Shown one piece after another: positions 24,551 to 38,730 of a DNA stretch of 64,000 nt; the stretch's first letter is position 1, and the number at the start of each line of letters is the position of its first letter. The notes under the pieces were generated by a model that saw only the letters and a list, made by a program, of their open reading frames with translations, had not been told where the DNA came from and did not search any database. This stretch comes from Mobula hypostoma. Taxonomy: Eukaryota. The DNA is taken from contig NC_086108.1 in NCBI RefSeq assembly GCF_963921235.1, forward strand, positions 21,328,001-21,392,000. The letters are read 5' to 3'. A program made the translations under genes and the position numbers.

Positions 24551-26551
24551 AATATATTTCAACGGCACAGAATGCAATATATCACTGGAGTTGTGTACCA
24601 AGCAGATAAGGCAAGAAATTGTGGTTGATGATACCAAAATGCTTGATAAATTAGCACATTGTTTCCATGATTATTATTTCAAAAGAGGCACTAGACCTAG
24701 AAAACCGTGCAAGCTATGGGATCATAATGGACAGAGTAATCTCACATCAACCTGCATAAGGATACCACTGAATAAAATTTCTAGCCCCAATTATTAAACA
24801 ATGTATTTCAACCAAGCTAAGTTCTCGTAAATTAGAATAATACATAAACAACAGAAAAGCAAGTGCATATATTAGGTTAAAGTATGAGTGATGTAAGTCA
24901 CCAAATATTTGGCATGACTGGGAGACATGGGAAAATATGTAAAAAAAAATTCAGTTTATCAATTCTGAGTTCTGTACTATGGCAATTGCAGAACAGCCAG
25001 GACGGATCAGTTTTAAAAGAACCAACATCAGTAATAAAATAAAGCCAAATTTCCCAACTTGACATGGGATTAACAGCGGTGCAGAGCTTTCCTCCAAATT
25101 TTGAAGGCCACAGAGTCTCTGAAATCATCTCTGAGCTAAACTGCTCCACCTAAAGGGCATTTGCTGCTCCAGGTCCATTGCTAAGTGGGTGTTCGTGCAT
25201 TCAAATATTTTCTCAAACCTCATAATTCATATAATCAAAGGAATATCCCAAGAAAGCCGAACATTCAGCCATATTCAATAAGAACCAGGTGCAGCAATCA
25301 AAAAGTAACAAAGACAGTCATAAGAAGGGAAGGCAAAGCCAATTAAAAGAAAATCTTAATGCAAAAGTTTAAAATTCATCCACCAGTCATCCAGATGGCA
25401 ATTGCAATGCCGATGTCTTTATAACAGGGGAGTACCTCTGATTATCCATTTAAAAAGTGGATTGTAACAATAGCATTGCTTATGTATTCTTCAACACAAG
25501 TACAACAGTTGATGTCGAACCAGACAGACCCTCATGTTTTTAATAAATGTGTTTTTGTTTTCTACTTTACACTTAAAGTTGAAAATGTCAATACATTTCT
25601 CTTAAGAGATGTCGATTTCCTCTTCCTGAAATATTTTATACAGCCATGACTGGAACTTTTAAAATAGATAATGAATGCATTGGCTTTGGGAGTGAGTAAC
25701 ACTGTGCAACACAATGTGGTTCATAGAAAAATGCACAAAAAAAATCGATGACTGAATCTGCAATGACTATATGTTAATAGCTATAGGCAGTGAATTAAAT
25801 GCAGTAGGGTTAAAGTGCTTTGCCATTTGCAACAGATGTAATTGTACTTTAATCCAGCTGTAGGGTTCATAAAAAGTACATCATCATCTTGGCGGCCTGT
25901 AGAATGAAATGGTTGAAATTGGTCATTCAATAATGTAAAGACCATATAAATGATAAGGTAGCAGTTATACCACAAAATGCAGCTCCAAGACACCAAATGG
26001 ACATATTTTTGCAGTCACATAGTTTGGCAAACATAAATGTTTTGCAAAACAGGACCATTGCATGGCCTTAATACATTATTGATGTGCTTCTGCTTTTACA
26101 ATATTTTCCAAATAGTTTTTCAGTAATGTGTGGATTTGTCTGCACTCCCTTCAATTAGTATAAGAGAACACTTGATGATAATGTATATCTGGACAGCTAC
26201 TTCCAAACAAATGGTATCTGTCAGAAAAAGGAGCTTGAGACTAATAAGACTGATGAAAAAGTTTGAAGTGGAAAGAAAATACCTATCCTAAGAAGAATGA
26301 TGTTTCTCTGATCCTTGTGAAGCCCAGTGACACAAACCATTTGCTAACAAATTTTGTCACATGGCTAACTATTGGTCATATTCAATTCTGTGGAGAAAAT
26401 TGTTAATGTATGGGTACATTATGCTGTACATTATGACCTAATTTTTAATGAAAATGAAAATTATAAAATTGAATCATAGCTTGACCAACAAGTTTAGTTT
26501 AAGATACACAAAGTAATCAAATGAAAGATAATCAGGAAGATTTAAACCATG

Positions 26552-29069
26552 CAGAGAGATAGCAGGCAACTGCAGGAAACATAAAGTTGTGGTGGTAGGG
26601 GATTTTAATTTTCCATACATTGATTGGGACTCCCATACTGTTAGGGGTCTAGATGGTTTAGAGTTTGTAAAATGTGTTCAGGAAAGTTTTCTAAATCAAT
26701 ATATAGAGGGACCAACTAGAGGGGATGTAATATTGGATCTCCTGTTAGGAAACGAGTTAGGACAAGTGACGGAAGTCTGTGTGGGGGAGCACTTTGGTTC
26801 CAGTGATCATAACACCATTAGTTTCAATTTGATCATGGACAAGGATAGATCTGGTCCTAGGGTTGAGGTTCTGAACTGGAAGGCGGCCAAATTTGAAGAA
26901 ATGAGAAAGGATCTAAAAACCGTGGATTGGGACAGGTTGCTCTCTGGCAAAGATGTGATTGGTAGGTGAGAAGCCTTCAAAGGGGAAATTTTGAGAGTGC
27001 AGAGTTTGTATATTCCTGTCAGGATTAAAGGCAAATTGAATAGGAATAAGGAACCTTGGTTCTCGAGGGATATTGCAACTCTGATAAAGAAGAAGAGGGA
27101 GTTGTATGAAATGTATAGGAAACAGGGAGTAAATCAGGTGCTTGAGGAGTATAAGAAGTGCAAGAAAATACTTAAGAAAGTAATCAGGAGGGCTAAAAGA
27201 AGACATGAGGTTGCCTTGGCAGTCAAAGTGAAGGATAATCCAAAGAGCTTTTACAGGTATATTAAGAGCAAAAGGATTGTAAGGGATAAAATTGGTCCTC
27301 TTGAAGATCAGAGTGGTTGGCTACGTATGGAACCAAAGGAAATGGGGGAGATCTTAAATAGGTTTTTTGCGTCTGTATTTACTAAGGAAACTGGCATGAA
27401 GTCTATGGAATTGAGGGAATCAAGTAGTGAGATCATGGAAACTGTACAGATTGAAAAGGAGGAGGTGCTTGCTGTCCTGAGGAAAATTAAAGTGGATAAA
27501 TCCCCGGGACCTGACAGAGTGTTCCCTCAGACCTTGAAGGAGACTAGTGTTGAAATTGCGGGGGCCCTGGCAGAAATATATAAAATGTCGCTGTCTACGG
27601 GTGAGGTGCCTGAGGATTGGAGAGTGGCTCATGTTGTCCCGTTGTTGAAAAAAGGATCGAAAAGTAATCCGGGAAATTATAGGCCGGTGCGTTTAACGTC
27701 GGTAGTAGGTAAATTATTGGAGGGAGTACTAAGAGACAGAATCTACAAGAATTTGGATAGACAGGGACTTATTAGGGAGAGTCAACATGGATTTGTGCGT
27801 GGTAGGTCATGTTTGACCAATCTATTGGAGTTTTTTGAGGAGGTTACCAGGAAAGTGGATGAAGGGAAGGCAGTGGATATTGTCTACATGGATTTCAGTA
27901 AGGCCTTTGACAAGGTCCCACATGGGAGGTTAGTTAGGAAAATTCAGTCGCTAGGTATGCATGGAGAGGTGGTAAATTGGATTAGACATTGGCTCAATGG
28001 AAGAAGCCAAAGAGTGGTGGTAGAGAATTGCTTCTCTGAGTGGAGGCCTGTGACTAGTGGTGTGCCACAGGGATCAGTGCTGGGTCCATTGTTATTTGTC
28101 ATTTATATCAATGATCTGGCTGATAATGTGGTAAATTGGATCAGCAAATTTGCTGATGATACAAAGATTGGAGGTGTAGTAGACAGTGAGGAAGGTTTTC
28201 AGAGCCTGCAGAGGGACTTGGACCAGCTGGAAAAATGGGCTGAAAAATGGCAGATGGAGTTTAATACAGACAAGTGTGAGGTATTACACGTTGGAAGGAC
28301 AAACCAAGGTAGAACATACAGGGTGAATGGTAAGGCACTGAAGAGTGCAGTAGAACAGAGGGATCTGGGAATACAGATACAAAATTCCCTAAAAGTGGCG
28401 TCACAAGTAGATAGGGTTGTAAAGAGAGCTTTTGGTACATTGGCCTTTATTAATCAAAGTATTGAGTATAACAGCTGGAATGTTATGATGAGGTTGTATA
28501 ATGCATTGGTGAGGCCGAATCTGGAGTATTGTGTTCAGTTTTGGTCACCAAATTACAGGAAGGATATAAATAAGGTTGAAAGAGTGCAGAGAAGGTTTAC
28601 AAGGATGTTGCCAGGACTTGAGAAACTCAGTTACAGAGAAAGGTTGAATAGGTTAGGACTTTATTCCCTGGAGCGTAGAAGAATGAGGGGAGATTTGATA
28701 GAGGTATATGAAATTATGATGGGTATAGATAGAGTGCATGCAAGCAGGCTTTTTCCACTGAGGCAAGGGGAGAAAGAAACCAGAGGACATGGGTTAAGGG
28801 TGAGGGGGGAAAAGTTTAAAGGGAACATTAGGGGGGGCTTCTTCACACAGAGAGTGGTGGGAGTATGGAATGAGCTGCCAGATGAGGTGGTAAATGCGGG
28901 TTCTTTATTAACATTTAAGAATAAATTGGACAGATACACGGATGAGAGGTGTATGGAGGGATATGGTCTGTGTGCAGGTCAGTGGGACTAGGCAGAAAAT
29001 GGGTTGGCACAGCCAAGAAGGGCCAAAAGGCCTGTTTCTGTGCTGTAGTTTCTATGGTTTCTATGGTTT
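26552..29069 (+). mobile_element. CR1 LINE, 5'-truncated in the endonuclease, (TTTCTATGG)n tail
   Basis: ORFs 26589..26969 (GDFN, SDH) and 26991..28991 are in the same frame, separated by one TGA. Confidence 0.95.
26991..28991 (+). CDS. CR1 ORF2 reverse transcriptase region (666-aa open stretch; element non-autonomous)
   Basis: KSPGPD, NYRPV, QHGF, YMDFSKAFDKV, GVPQGSVLGP, KFADDTK, LEYCVQFWSP. Confidence 0.9.
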   Translation: MRVQSLYIPVRIKGKLNRNKEPWFSRDIATLIKKKRELYEMYRKQGVNQVLEEYKKCKKILKKVIRRAKRRHEVALAVKVKDNPKSFYRYIKSKRIVRDKIGPLEDQSGWLRMEPKEMGEILNRFFASVFTKETGMKSMELRESSSEIMETVQIEKEEVLAVLRKIKVDKSPGPDRVFPQTLKETSVEIAGALAEIYKMSLSTGEVPEDWRVAHVVPLLKKGSKSNPGNYRPVRLTSVVGKLLEGVLRDRIYKNLDRQGLIRESQHGFVRGRSCLTNLLEFFEEVTRKVDEGKAVDIVYMDFSKAFDKVPHGRLVRKIQSLGMHGEVVNWIRHWLNGRSQRVVVENCFSEWRPVTSGVPQGSVLGPLLFVIYINDLADNVVNWISKFADDTKIGGVVDSEEGFQSLQRDLDQLEKWAEKWQMEFNTDKCEVLHVGRTNQGRTYRVNGKALKSAVEQRDLGIQIQNSLKVASQVDRVVKRAFGTLAFINQSIEYNSWNVMMRLYNALVRPNLEYCVQFWSPNYRKDINKVERVQRRFTRMLPGLEKLSYRERLNRLGLYSLERRRMRGDLIEVYEIMMGIDRVHASRLFPLRQGEKETRGHGLRVRGEKFKGNIRGGFFTQRVVGVWNELPDEVVNAGSLLTFKNKLDRYTDERCMEGYGLCAGQWD

Positions 29070-30244
29070 ATGCTCTTGGGAATAGGGTACACTAGTAAAT
29101 ATTCTTATGTGATTTGCCTTTTCATTGTAATTACATAACTTCTTTGTTACTCTATTCAGACAAACACTAAAAGTTTCAAGTCCTTCGTATGACCTATACC
29201 AAAGGCACTCCTTGGAGAGAGTCAGATGTTTTAACAAAGTTACAGTCTCTCCTTGTGGAGAGACACAAAATTATTTGTCCATGTAACAGTCAAATTTGAA
29301 AGGTAGTTTCATGTGCAAACTACTTTGATTTGCTTTGGGATACTGTACACCATAAATCCAGATAGTACTACTTCAGCTTCACTTCACAATTTTTCCTCAA
29401 ATGAGCAAATTAGTCTAATGAGTAACTCTTGTAATTCAGTAACTCCTGAATTGTATTTACATTTACAGGTCTATTTGCATAAAATCACATTAGATGAATT
29501 TTGTTTTTAAGACATGAAACATCTCCACTTGACTTTCCCAAAAAGTGACCATCTAAGAGAAGGATTTCGATTCAATATATTTGTTTCTTCTGTATTCAGT
29601 CTTTTAATTTCAGTTCAATAGGATGTGTAAAGATATACTGTCAGTGAATTATCTTATTTGAAATCTAAAATGCTCATTATAAGGACAAGATAAAGGTGTT
29701 ACACCTGCCTAAAGATCTAACCTACAAACTATAGCAAACAAAAATCTGTATTTTTGTCATTAGAAAGCAATTTCCCAATTTCCTCAAGTACAATCATCAC
29801 AAGATTATGATAAATGTTCTAAGAAGTTGTTTTATTTACTCAGAAGAATGGTTTGAACACTTGTAGTCTTTAGATTATCTATTCCTTACCAGGATGCTGA
29901 GATATATCCTAGGTTGCACTGGGCCACATCATCAGTAATGTAACCTGGGGTCATCAGGTGTTTTGAGTCTTTCAACATCAGACACTCTCACCCAGCTGAC
30001 CCATTTGGAACATTTGCAACAATCCACAAAGAACGTATTACATTTTGAAACATGGAGTACATCCACTTCAGTTTCCACATTAAAGAATGTGAACTTTAGA
30101 AAATACTATTGATACAGGTCTCTGCAACTGACAACATTCCACCAAAAATACTGAAGATTTGTGCTCCATAACTTGCTGCACCCTCGGCCATGCTGTTCCA
30201 GGACAGCTACAACAGCGGCATCTACACAGCAGTGTGGAAAATTG

Positions 30245-30780
30245 TCACATGTATATATAGCTAGGGTGCCCAAGACTTTTGCACAGTACCGTAGTAATTT
30301 TATGTTTTGCACTGTAATGCTGCTGCTGCAAAAAAAACAAATTTGATGACATATGTGTGACGATAAACCTGATTCTGATATGGATCTCTATTGTAAGCTG
30401 AAAGTGGGAGGGGGATAGGGAGAGGGGCTCATGGACCTCCAGTTTCCTCCTCCGTAAGCCAATAATCATCATCTTGGTCATCCTGACATTGAAGTGATAG
30501 GTTGTTGTGGGAACACTCAGCCAGATTTTCAATCTGCTGATTCAATATGCTGATTCATTGCTACCTCTGATTTGGCCAATGACAGTGGTGTGCTTAAATA
30601 TGACACTTAGCCACACAGTCATAAGTGTAAAGTGAGTAGAACAGGGGGCTAAACTAATAGCCTTGTGGTGCATTTGCACTGATGGAGACTGTGAATGAGA
30701 TGTCGTTGTCAATCCAAACTGACTGGGGTCGGCAAATAAGGAAATCAAGTAGGTACTGAGGCCAAGGTCTTGAAACTTTG
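30245..30780 (-). mobile_element. Degenerate Rex1-like fragment
   Basis: Antisense to TKMMII..RRRK.EVHEP, with a 3' UTR resembling the copies at 39.2-40.6 and 45.5-46.5 kb. Confidence 0.55.
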
Positions 30781-30914
30781 AACCTCTCCTAGACTGCCTA
30801 TCCTTCAATACACTGTGGGATGTTTATATCTATTTTGTGAAACTGTCAAAAGTCTGCAAAAAGCCACAGCTAAGAAACACCCTATTGAGCTGTAAGTAAA
30901 CAATGTACAATGTA

Positions 30915-32442
30915 CGTCTCAACCCAAGCAATGCTGCAGGATCGGATGGTGTCAGTACCAGGGTGCTAAAAGCCTGTGTCCCTCAGCTATGTGGAGTACT
31001 TCGCCATGTATTCAACCTGAGCCTGAGGCTCCGGAGGGTTCCTGTATTGTGGAAGACGTCCTGCCTCGTCCCTGTGCCGAAGACGCTGCACCCCAGCGGC
31101 CTCAATGACTACAGACCGGTGGCTTGACCTCCCATATCATGAAGACCCTGGAGATACTTGTTCTGGAGCTGCTCTGGCCTACGGTCAGGCCACACTTAGA
31201 TCCCCTCCAGTTCGCCTACCAGCCCCGACTAGGAGTTGAGGATGCCATCATCTTCCTGCTGATCCGTGTCTACGCCCACCTGGACAAGCCAGCAAGCACT
31301 GTGAGGGTCATGTTTTTTGACTTCTCCAGTGCGTTCAACACCACCCGCCCTGCTCTGCTGGGGGAGAAGCTGACAGCAATGCAAATAGATGCTTCCCTGG
31401 TATCATGGATTCTTGATTACCTGACGGGCAGACCACAGTACGTGTGCTTGCAACACTGTGTGTCCAACAGAGTGATCAGCAGCACTGGGGTTCCACAGGC
31501 GACTGTCTTGTCTCCCTTTCACTATTTACACCTCGGACTTCAACTACTGCACAGAGTCTTGTCATCTTCAGAAATTTTCCGATGACTCTGCCATAGTTGG
31601 ATGCATCAGCAAGGGAGATGAGGCTGAGTACAGGGCTACGGTAGGAAACTTTGTCACATGGTGTGAGCAGAATTATCTGCATCTTAATGTGAAAAAGACT
31701 GAGGAGCTGGTGGTAGACCTGAGGAGAGCTAAGGTACCGGTGACCCCTGTTTCCATCCAGGGGGTCAGTTTGGACATGGTGGAGGATTACAAATACCTGG
31801 GGATACCAAGTGACAATAAACTGGACTGGTCAAAGAACACTGAGGCTGTCTACAAGAAGGGTCAGAGCCGTCTCTATTTCCTGAGGAGACTGAGGTCCTT
31901 TAACATCTGCTGGACGATGCTGAGGATGTTCTACGAGTCTGTGGTGGCCAGTGCTATCATGTTTGCTGTTGTGTGCTGGGGCAGCAGGCTGAGGGTGGCA
32001 GACACCAACAGAATCAACAAAGTCATTGGTAAGGCCAGTGATGTTGTGGGGATGAAACTGGACTCTCTGACGGTGGTGTCTGAAAAGAGGATGCTGTCTA
32101 AGTTGCATGCCATCTTGGTCAATGTCTCCCATCCACTACATAATGTACTGGGTGGGCACAGGAGTACATTCAGCCAGAGACTCATTCCACCGAGATGCAG
32201 CACTGAGCATCATAGGAAGTCATTCCTGCCTGTGGCCATCAAACTCTACAACTCCTCCCTTGGAGGGGCAGACATCCTGAGCCAATAGGCTGGTCCAGGA
32301 CTTATTTCATAATTTACTGGCATAATTTACATATTACTATTTAACTATTTATAGTTCTATTACTATTTATTATTTATGGAGCAACTGTAACGAAAACCAA
32401 TTTCCCCCGGGATTAATAAGGTATGACTATGACTATGACTAC
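30915..32442 (+). mobile_element. Rex1/Babar-like LINE, RT to 3' end, frameshifted
   Basis: LNDYRPVA, QFAYQP..VEDAI, FFDFSSAFNT, aaattttccgatgac (KFSDD); tail (tatgac)x3; same family as 206-748. Confidence 0.92.
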
Positions 32443-34069
32443 AAGTGAGGATACAATGAAAAGTGATACAGTTTTGAATTGTAGACCATCTCAGCTCAGC
32501 TCTATTCCATGTACTGACCAAACATAGAGAAACTTGTTCTCAATGGGAATACTACTCAAGTCAAAGTTGAGTTTATCATCTTCTGCATAAGTACATTTAT
32601 ACAGAGGTGCAACAAAAAAGTTACCTACAGCAGCACCATAGGCACAGAGCATTAGACAAATGTTCAAAAGATACTAAAGACAATGCAACAATATCACTCC
32701 TTTAATACTGTATATGAAAAGACAATTATTTTTGGATGTTGATAGATTTTTGTTTGATATGCAAGGTGATATACTTCACATTAAATTGAAGGGTATTGAA
32801 GGGTATTCAAGGGACTAAAGTAACCTCTTTAGTTCCTATTGTTTAATTTTCATGACAAACAAAGGCACAAATTTGCCGAAGAACAGATTTCCAATGCCAC
32901 TCTAAATCAGCTAAAAAATTTTTGATTTGACTTCTCTTAACCCAGACTCTAGTTGAGGCCATTGCCGGGCAAGGAAGTGAGGTTCATATAGTTTTAAGAT
33001 TCAACTAAACTCCACTGGAGTGGATGATTTAGCTTTAATGTAAATAACATGTGACCTGGTTCATGAGTAACCTAGCCCTCACTTGCTTGAATCCATTGTA
33101 AATGATAGTTGCTACACAAGCTAATTGTGTGCGCACTTAATAGTAAGTTCCAACTGAAATTTGATCAGTACACAATGATAAATTCATTGATATGATCAAG
33201 TAGTACAAAACTCACAGGAATACCATGACATGCAGTTCTCAGCAACTTCTAAAAACATAGAAGACATCAGAGTTCTGTTGCGAAATGCGCACAAATGACT
33301 CCACCATAACAACTCCATGAGACATCCATAGGAACTTGTCAGAGAAAAGTTATTTTCTGTCTTTGAAAAAGTGAATGCAACCCTCGCTTTATATTATTCA
33401 ACCTTCATTATTTTGCCAGGCATTCAAGCAACTTATGTCTAATACACATCGTAATCACATTGAGTTTAAATAATGATAAATTTTTGTCCCTTTGCCAACT
33501 TCGAGAGAACCATGGAGAACAGAAAACCTCAGCAGTTGCACTATTCAGAACAAGAATCACTATTGCCAGTGCATGAAACACACCAGAATTGATTGTTGTT
33601 CAGCGCCAAGCATAAGACAGGCCAATACCATAACAGACAGCATAATAGCAACCAACAGTTTACAAGACAATAGGGCAAACATCGTGAACAATCAACAATC
33701 AAACTGAAATAAATGTGAACGTGAATACATTAAGTAATTATCAACAAAACAAGGAAAGCAGGAAAACCCATTTAACAGATGTTGTGGAGGGACAATTAGG
33801 ATATTACACCAAAGTAAGTTTTGTTGAGAAACTGGATAGCTACAGGAAAGAAGCTTCAGAGATGACGTGTAGTCCTGGTTGTAATGGACTTGTAGCATCT
33901 CCTTGATGGCAATTTGGCGAATAGCTGATTGCTATGGTGGTGGAGTCAGCAGTGATTTTTTTCTTGTTCTGGCGAGGAACAGTTCTTTTAATGTCAGTAG
34001 CAGACAGTCAATGACCTGGACTTAAGAGGGAGGAGGCAGTGGGAAACCAAATAGTGATAGAGATGGTCA

Positions 34070-36330
34070 CAACACTCTCAATGATGGTTGAAATTTATCA
34101 GGGTACTACTTGAGATATTAAGTTTCTTGAGATGGCAAAGGAAAAACAATCTCTGCTGGGCTTTCCTGTGATGAGTGTAATGTGATTGTCCCACTTCAAT
34201 GTACTGGGTTTTGTAGTCCTCAAGAATCTGAATGACTTGACCACAGACACAGCCTGATTATTAATTTCTGTGGGAGGGTGTGGCAGGTAGGAGGGTTGTT
34301 GACAGAAGTTAATCCTCATTTCCACTGTCTGGATAGCATTAAGCTCCAAGCTGTTATAAGTACACCATGCTGCAAGACGGTCTACCTCTCTTTGATAGCT
34401 TGTCATATTATTATTAGAGATGAGACCAACTACAGTTGTGTCATCCGTGAACTTTAGCATTTTAATTTATTTGTCTGTGGAGGTAGTCATTTGTATAAAG
34501 AAAGATCAGGAGGGGTGAAAGAACACAGACCTGGGGAGAGCTTGTGCTTATAGACATTGGATCAGACAAGCAGGAACCCAGTCTAACAGGTATATGGAGG
34601 AATTTAAGGTGGGGGGGGGGTTATATGGGAGGCAGGGCTTAAGGGTTGGCACAACATTGTGGGCCAAAGGGCCTGTGCTGTGCTGCACTATTCTATGTTC
34701 TATGCTACTTCCTTCCCGTCAGGAAATTCATAATCCACTGGCAGATACTGTCGGCTACAGCTGGCTGGGTTAAACTTGCTGTGGAGCAACTCGTCCGTAA
34801 TGGGGGGAGAGGTGGGGGTGGAGTCCAAATGTTGAAGAATGTGATGAAGGCACATGTTAACTGCATCCTTAACTGAGCGACTTGCTCTATAAGCAAACTG
34901 TGACAGGTCAGGAAGAGATCAGTAATGGACTTAAAATAGGCCAACATCAGACATTCAAAAGTTGTCTAACTACTGAAGTCAGAGCAACTGGCCCCTAGCC
35001 CTACCTGCCACCCCGCTCCCCGGAAATTAATAATCAGCCTGTGTCTGTGGTCGAATCATTCAATTTCTTGGGGACCACAATTACCAGTACATTGAAGTGG
35101 GACAATCACATTACGCTCATCACAGGAAAGCCCAGCAGAGATTGTTTTACCTTTGCCAGTTCAGGAAAATTAAAATCTCAGGTTATATCCTGATAAATTT
35201 TTACTCAGCCATCATTGAGAGTGCTGTGACCACCTCTATCACTATAATTCAGTGATTCTGTCCTCCTTGGGAACTTGCACAATTGTAGAAATTGTAAAGC
35301 AGTCTGGAACCCTACATAATTGCAGGGAGGTGTTAAATAGCTCAGTGGCAATAAAACTAATGGAGCTAATTAGCCAAGGTAAGGGAGAGGAAGATTTGGG
35401 AACACTTCTGTTTGAAACTGGTAAGACTTTGAGTGGAACTTTAGACTCCCCAGCTATTGTTGTTGAAGTCTCTCTCTAGCTGATCCTTGTAAGTGGCTTT
35501 TGCTACTTTCAGAGCTTTATTAAACTATCATTTTACAGAATTATATTCCTCTCTATTTTCAGATCTGTAGGCATGATCCTTTGCAAATCCTAGAGTCCTC
35601 AACTCCTTGTGAACCACAGCTTGTCACTGTTAAACCTCAGCATGATCTCTTTAGGAAGACACACATCTTCATAGAAGGACATTACAGTGTCAGCATATTC
35701 ATCTATACTGCGACATCAACCTTCCATGGTCTTCCAATTCGTAGAGCCTAAGCTGTCTCTTAGCCTTCCAAAAGCCTTAGGATCCAGCATCTTCCGACAC
35801 TCCCAGTTAGTTTAGACTGCTCCAGTTTTTGTTTACAGATGGGAACAAGCATGATCATGTTATGGTCAGAGTTGCCAAAGGTGCCCGAGGAAAATGGCAG
35901 AATGCCCCTTTAATGTTGGTAGAGAAGCAGTCTAAAGTTCTGTCTTCACATGTGGGGCAGCTAATCATCTGGTGGTATTTGGCCAGATCATATTTCACTT
36001 ACAATGGTTAAGATACCCCATAATAAAAATGACAATAATAAATTTTCTAAATCATCGATGTTATCAGCCAACAGCCGTTGTGTAGACCAAGTGTTCGTGT
36101 GGCGGGGGGGGGGGATGTAAATTGGATCCAGCCAGGATAACAGAGTGAAAATCTCTGGGTAGGTAGAACAGTTTACAATGAATGAAAAGAGCTTCTAAAA
36201 CAGCAGAGGAAAAAAGAATGGTGGACACGTCCCTGCACCATCTGTTACTTATAATCATGCACAAGCCACCACCACATGACTTGCTGTGTAATGCGCTATT
36301 ACGACCTGTTCAAATTAGCTGGTATCCTGG
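34070..36330 (-). mobile_element. Rearranged old Rex1-like LINE with an inverted internal duplicate (~35000-35250) and a nested CR1 tail (~34590-34703)
   Basis: ORF 34098..34460 (KFTDDTTVVGLI), 34705..34947 (WIMNFLTGR) and 36064..36264 (CKLFYLPRDF). Confidence 0.7.
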
Positions 36331-38230
36331 CATCTGAACAAAGCTGTCTGTTATGTCCGAGTTAACCACGCCTTAACAAAAGGCAGAAATACAGGAATAA
36401 AGTAGAAAGCTCTTTGAAATCTCCCACATGTCTGTCTGAAATGTTGCTCAAATAACATTTAAATGTGAGTGGCGATCATTCTACTGTACTTGCTGAGGCC
36501 TTCTGCTGTGTTTGCAACATTTTACAATGGAAAGTCTAAGAGTGGACTGAAGCCATGCTGTGGAGCCAAAGCAGCTGCTTCCTTCACAACCGGGTATTTG
36601 GCACCAGTCTCACTGCCTACCATTAAGCCATTTAATAGACACTTTTGCAGTACATAATCAAATGTAACAGCAGAATGAAAGAGTAAGCTTCTCATAGCAG
36701 GCCTTTCAACATCCCTCTACCAGCCACGAATTTCCGTTACCTCCATTTCAATTGAAGTACTTTGGCTTTCAAATAGTTTGAGTTGCAATTCAATCCAAAA
36801 GTTAATCATTGACCTGGGACCAGCTGGCCTCAGTGAGAACAATGATGGAATGTTATAAGATTCCCTCCCCAACACCAGATGTAATTCCAGCAAGCCAACA
36901 ACAGAGTTGACTTAACAAGAGAAACTCACTGAAGTGAAAGAAATTCAATTTATTCTCCTGGGTAAAGCAATATTTGAAACTGCCCAATAAGAAACAACAC
37001 AAAACATTATCACTGAATATTGAAATTGGGATTCACAAGGTATCTTTAAAAAAAGAGGGCAGCATATCAGAGTAACTTAAGTAAGTGCCATCCCATTATT
37101 GGCATGTTACCTCACCGGCAAGTTCCTGGAAAATTTGAGACCAAAGAGATTTTTAACATTTTAATTTTCAGAATGAGAGAAATTGTAAAAATAAAAACTT
37201 TTTTTTAAAAAATCCAGTGTTACATCATGATTTGCACCCCTCCACTGAAGGTTTTATAAGCAAACAAACATTGGTGGTTTGACTGCACTTCGAATCCGAA
37301 AAACAACACCACTTGCAATTTCAGTTTAGAGGAGATCTGGATGACATCAACATTTTAAAAATTACTTTTGAGGATTAAAATTTTTAGAATAACAAAGGCA
37401 ATTTTAAAGAAGATAAAGAAATTGCATTTATACTTTCACAACTTCAAGATGCCCCAATTATGTTTCCTAATATATATCGTTTTGCTTTATGCCAGAGACT
37501 GTGAGAATATCAAATGTCTTTGTGGTGGTCAAAGCCTTCAATTAGACCTTTCTGCACAGCAGCAATTAAGCAGTATACATCTTCTCCCAGACCCCATGTT
37601 TATCTTCATTTTCCATTTGCCCATATCCATTGAACTACTTTGTTTCAGTTCTTGCAGGAATTGCAGTTTGCTTACTTTGGCTTACCAAATGATGAACTAT
37701 CATTGTAAAAACATTGCAGTAGTTCATTGTTCAAAGTAGTCTGTTATATATTGAAGACACATGAGAGACTGCAGATGCTGGAAGTCAGGATCAACACAGA
37801 CAAAATGCTGGAAGAACTCAGCAGGTCAGATGGCATCAGTGGAGGAAAATGAATAGTTGGCGTTTCAGGAACCTTCATCAGGAGTCCTCCAGTGTTTTGT
37901 GTGCATTGGTCTTACCTATTCAAAGTTAGTTCTTGACTACACAGAATAACAATGACATAGTTCCAGATTCCCTGAGGTGTTGGAAAGAAAGACTTGTATT
38001 CACACAGTGCTTATCACTGCTTTGGGACTCTGCAGAACTATTTTAGAGTCAATGTGTAACGTTTGAAGTTGTTGCTTGTATCTGATAACATTTCACCAAT
38101 AGTACTGAGATGAAATTCTGCATTTTTAATGACAGCATAATAAATTGAAAAATAATGCCAATTTCCTGTTTGCCTTTGCATATGAGCCATGATAATTAAT
38201 ATCAACCTAGAGGCCACACAAAGCTTTATC

Positions 38231-38310
38231 CAGGGATTCCCAACTTTTTTTATGCTATGAACCCCTACCATTAATTGAGGGGTCTGTGGACCCCATGTTG
38301 GGAACCCCTG
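38231..38310. mobile_element. 80-bp hAT/Charlie-like MITE
   Basis: TIRs cagggattcccaac / gttgggaacccctg; sister copy at 49505. Confidence 0.75.
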
Positions 38311-38554
38311 ACTAACAGAAAGTTCATCTGAGCAATTCCTTGATACTGCATAGAAGTGCTATCCCTGATAATACGTAAAAGATTGAAAGAACAAAATATT
38401 GATGAATTGAGAGTAACTTTTAGAACCAAACACTAAACTCATTCTATAATCAGGTCATTCTGAGCTAAACTGTAGCCTCAAGCCACCAATTTCTGGTTAT
38501 TTTCTTTCCTGATTCATGTTCCTTATACTTGTAATTAAGTCTGTAAATACATCA

Positions 38555-38730
38555 CGTTTCCTCCCAGAGTCCAAAGACGTACTGGTTGGTAGGTTAATTG
38601 GTCATTGTAAATTGTCCCGTGATTAGGCAAGGGTTAAATCGGGGGGTGGGGGGGTTGCTGGGGCGGCACTGCTTGAAGGGCCGGATGGGCCTATTCTCCG
38701 CTGTATCTCAATAAATAAAATAAATGAATA
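38555..38730 (+). mobile_element. V-SINE/HE1-like SINE 3' half with a CR1-like tail
   Basis: tttcctccca..tccaaagacgt..gtaggttaattggtcattgtaaattgtccc, then gaagggccggatgggcctattc and (aaat)n. Confidence 0.65.

Noticed and set aside
25781..25898. Minus-strand acceptor followed by a Kozak-like gccgccaagATG or a PPR-stop
   Set aside because: No recognisable protein and no clear donor; cannot be supported without transcripts.
26546..29070. 8-bp inverted match (taaaccat / atggttta) flanking the CR1, resembling TIRs
   Set aside because: Too short, and the right copy is just the CR1 tail repeat; at most an integration by-product.
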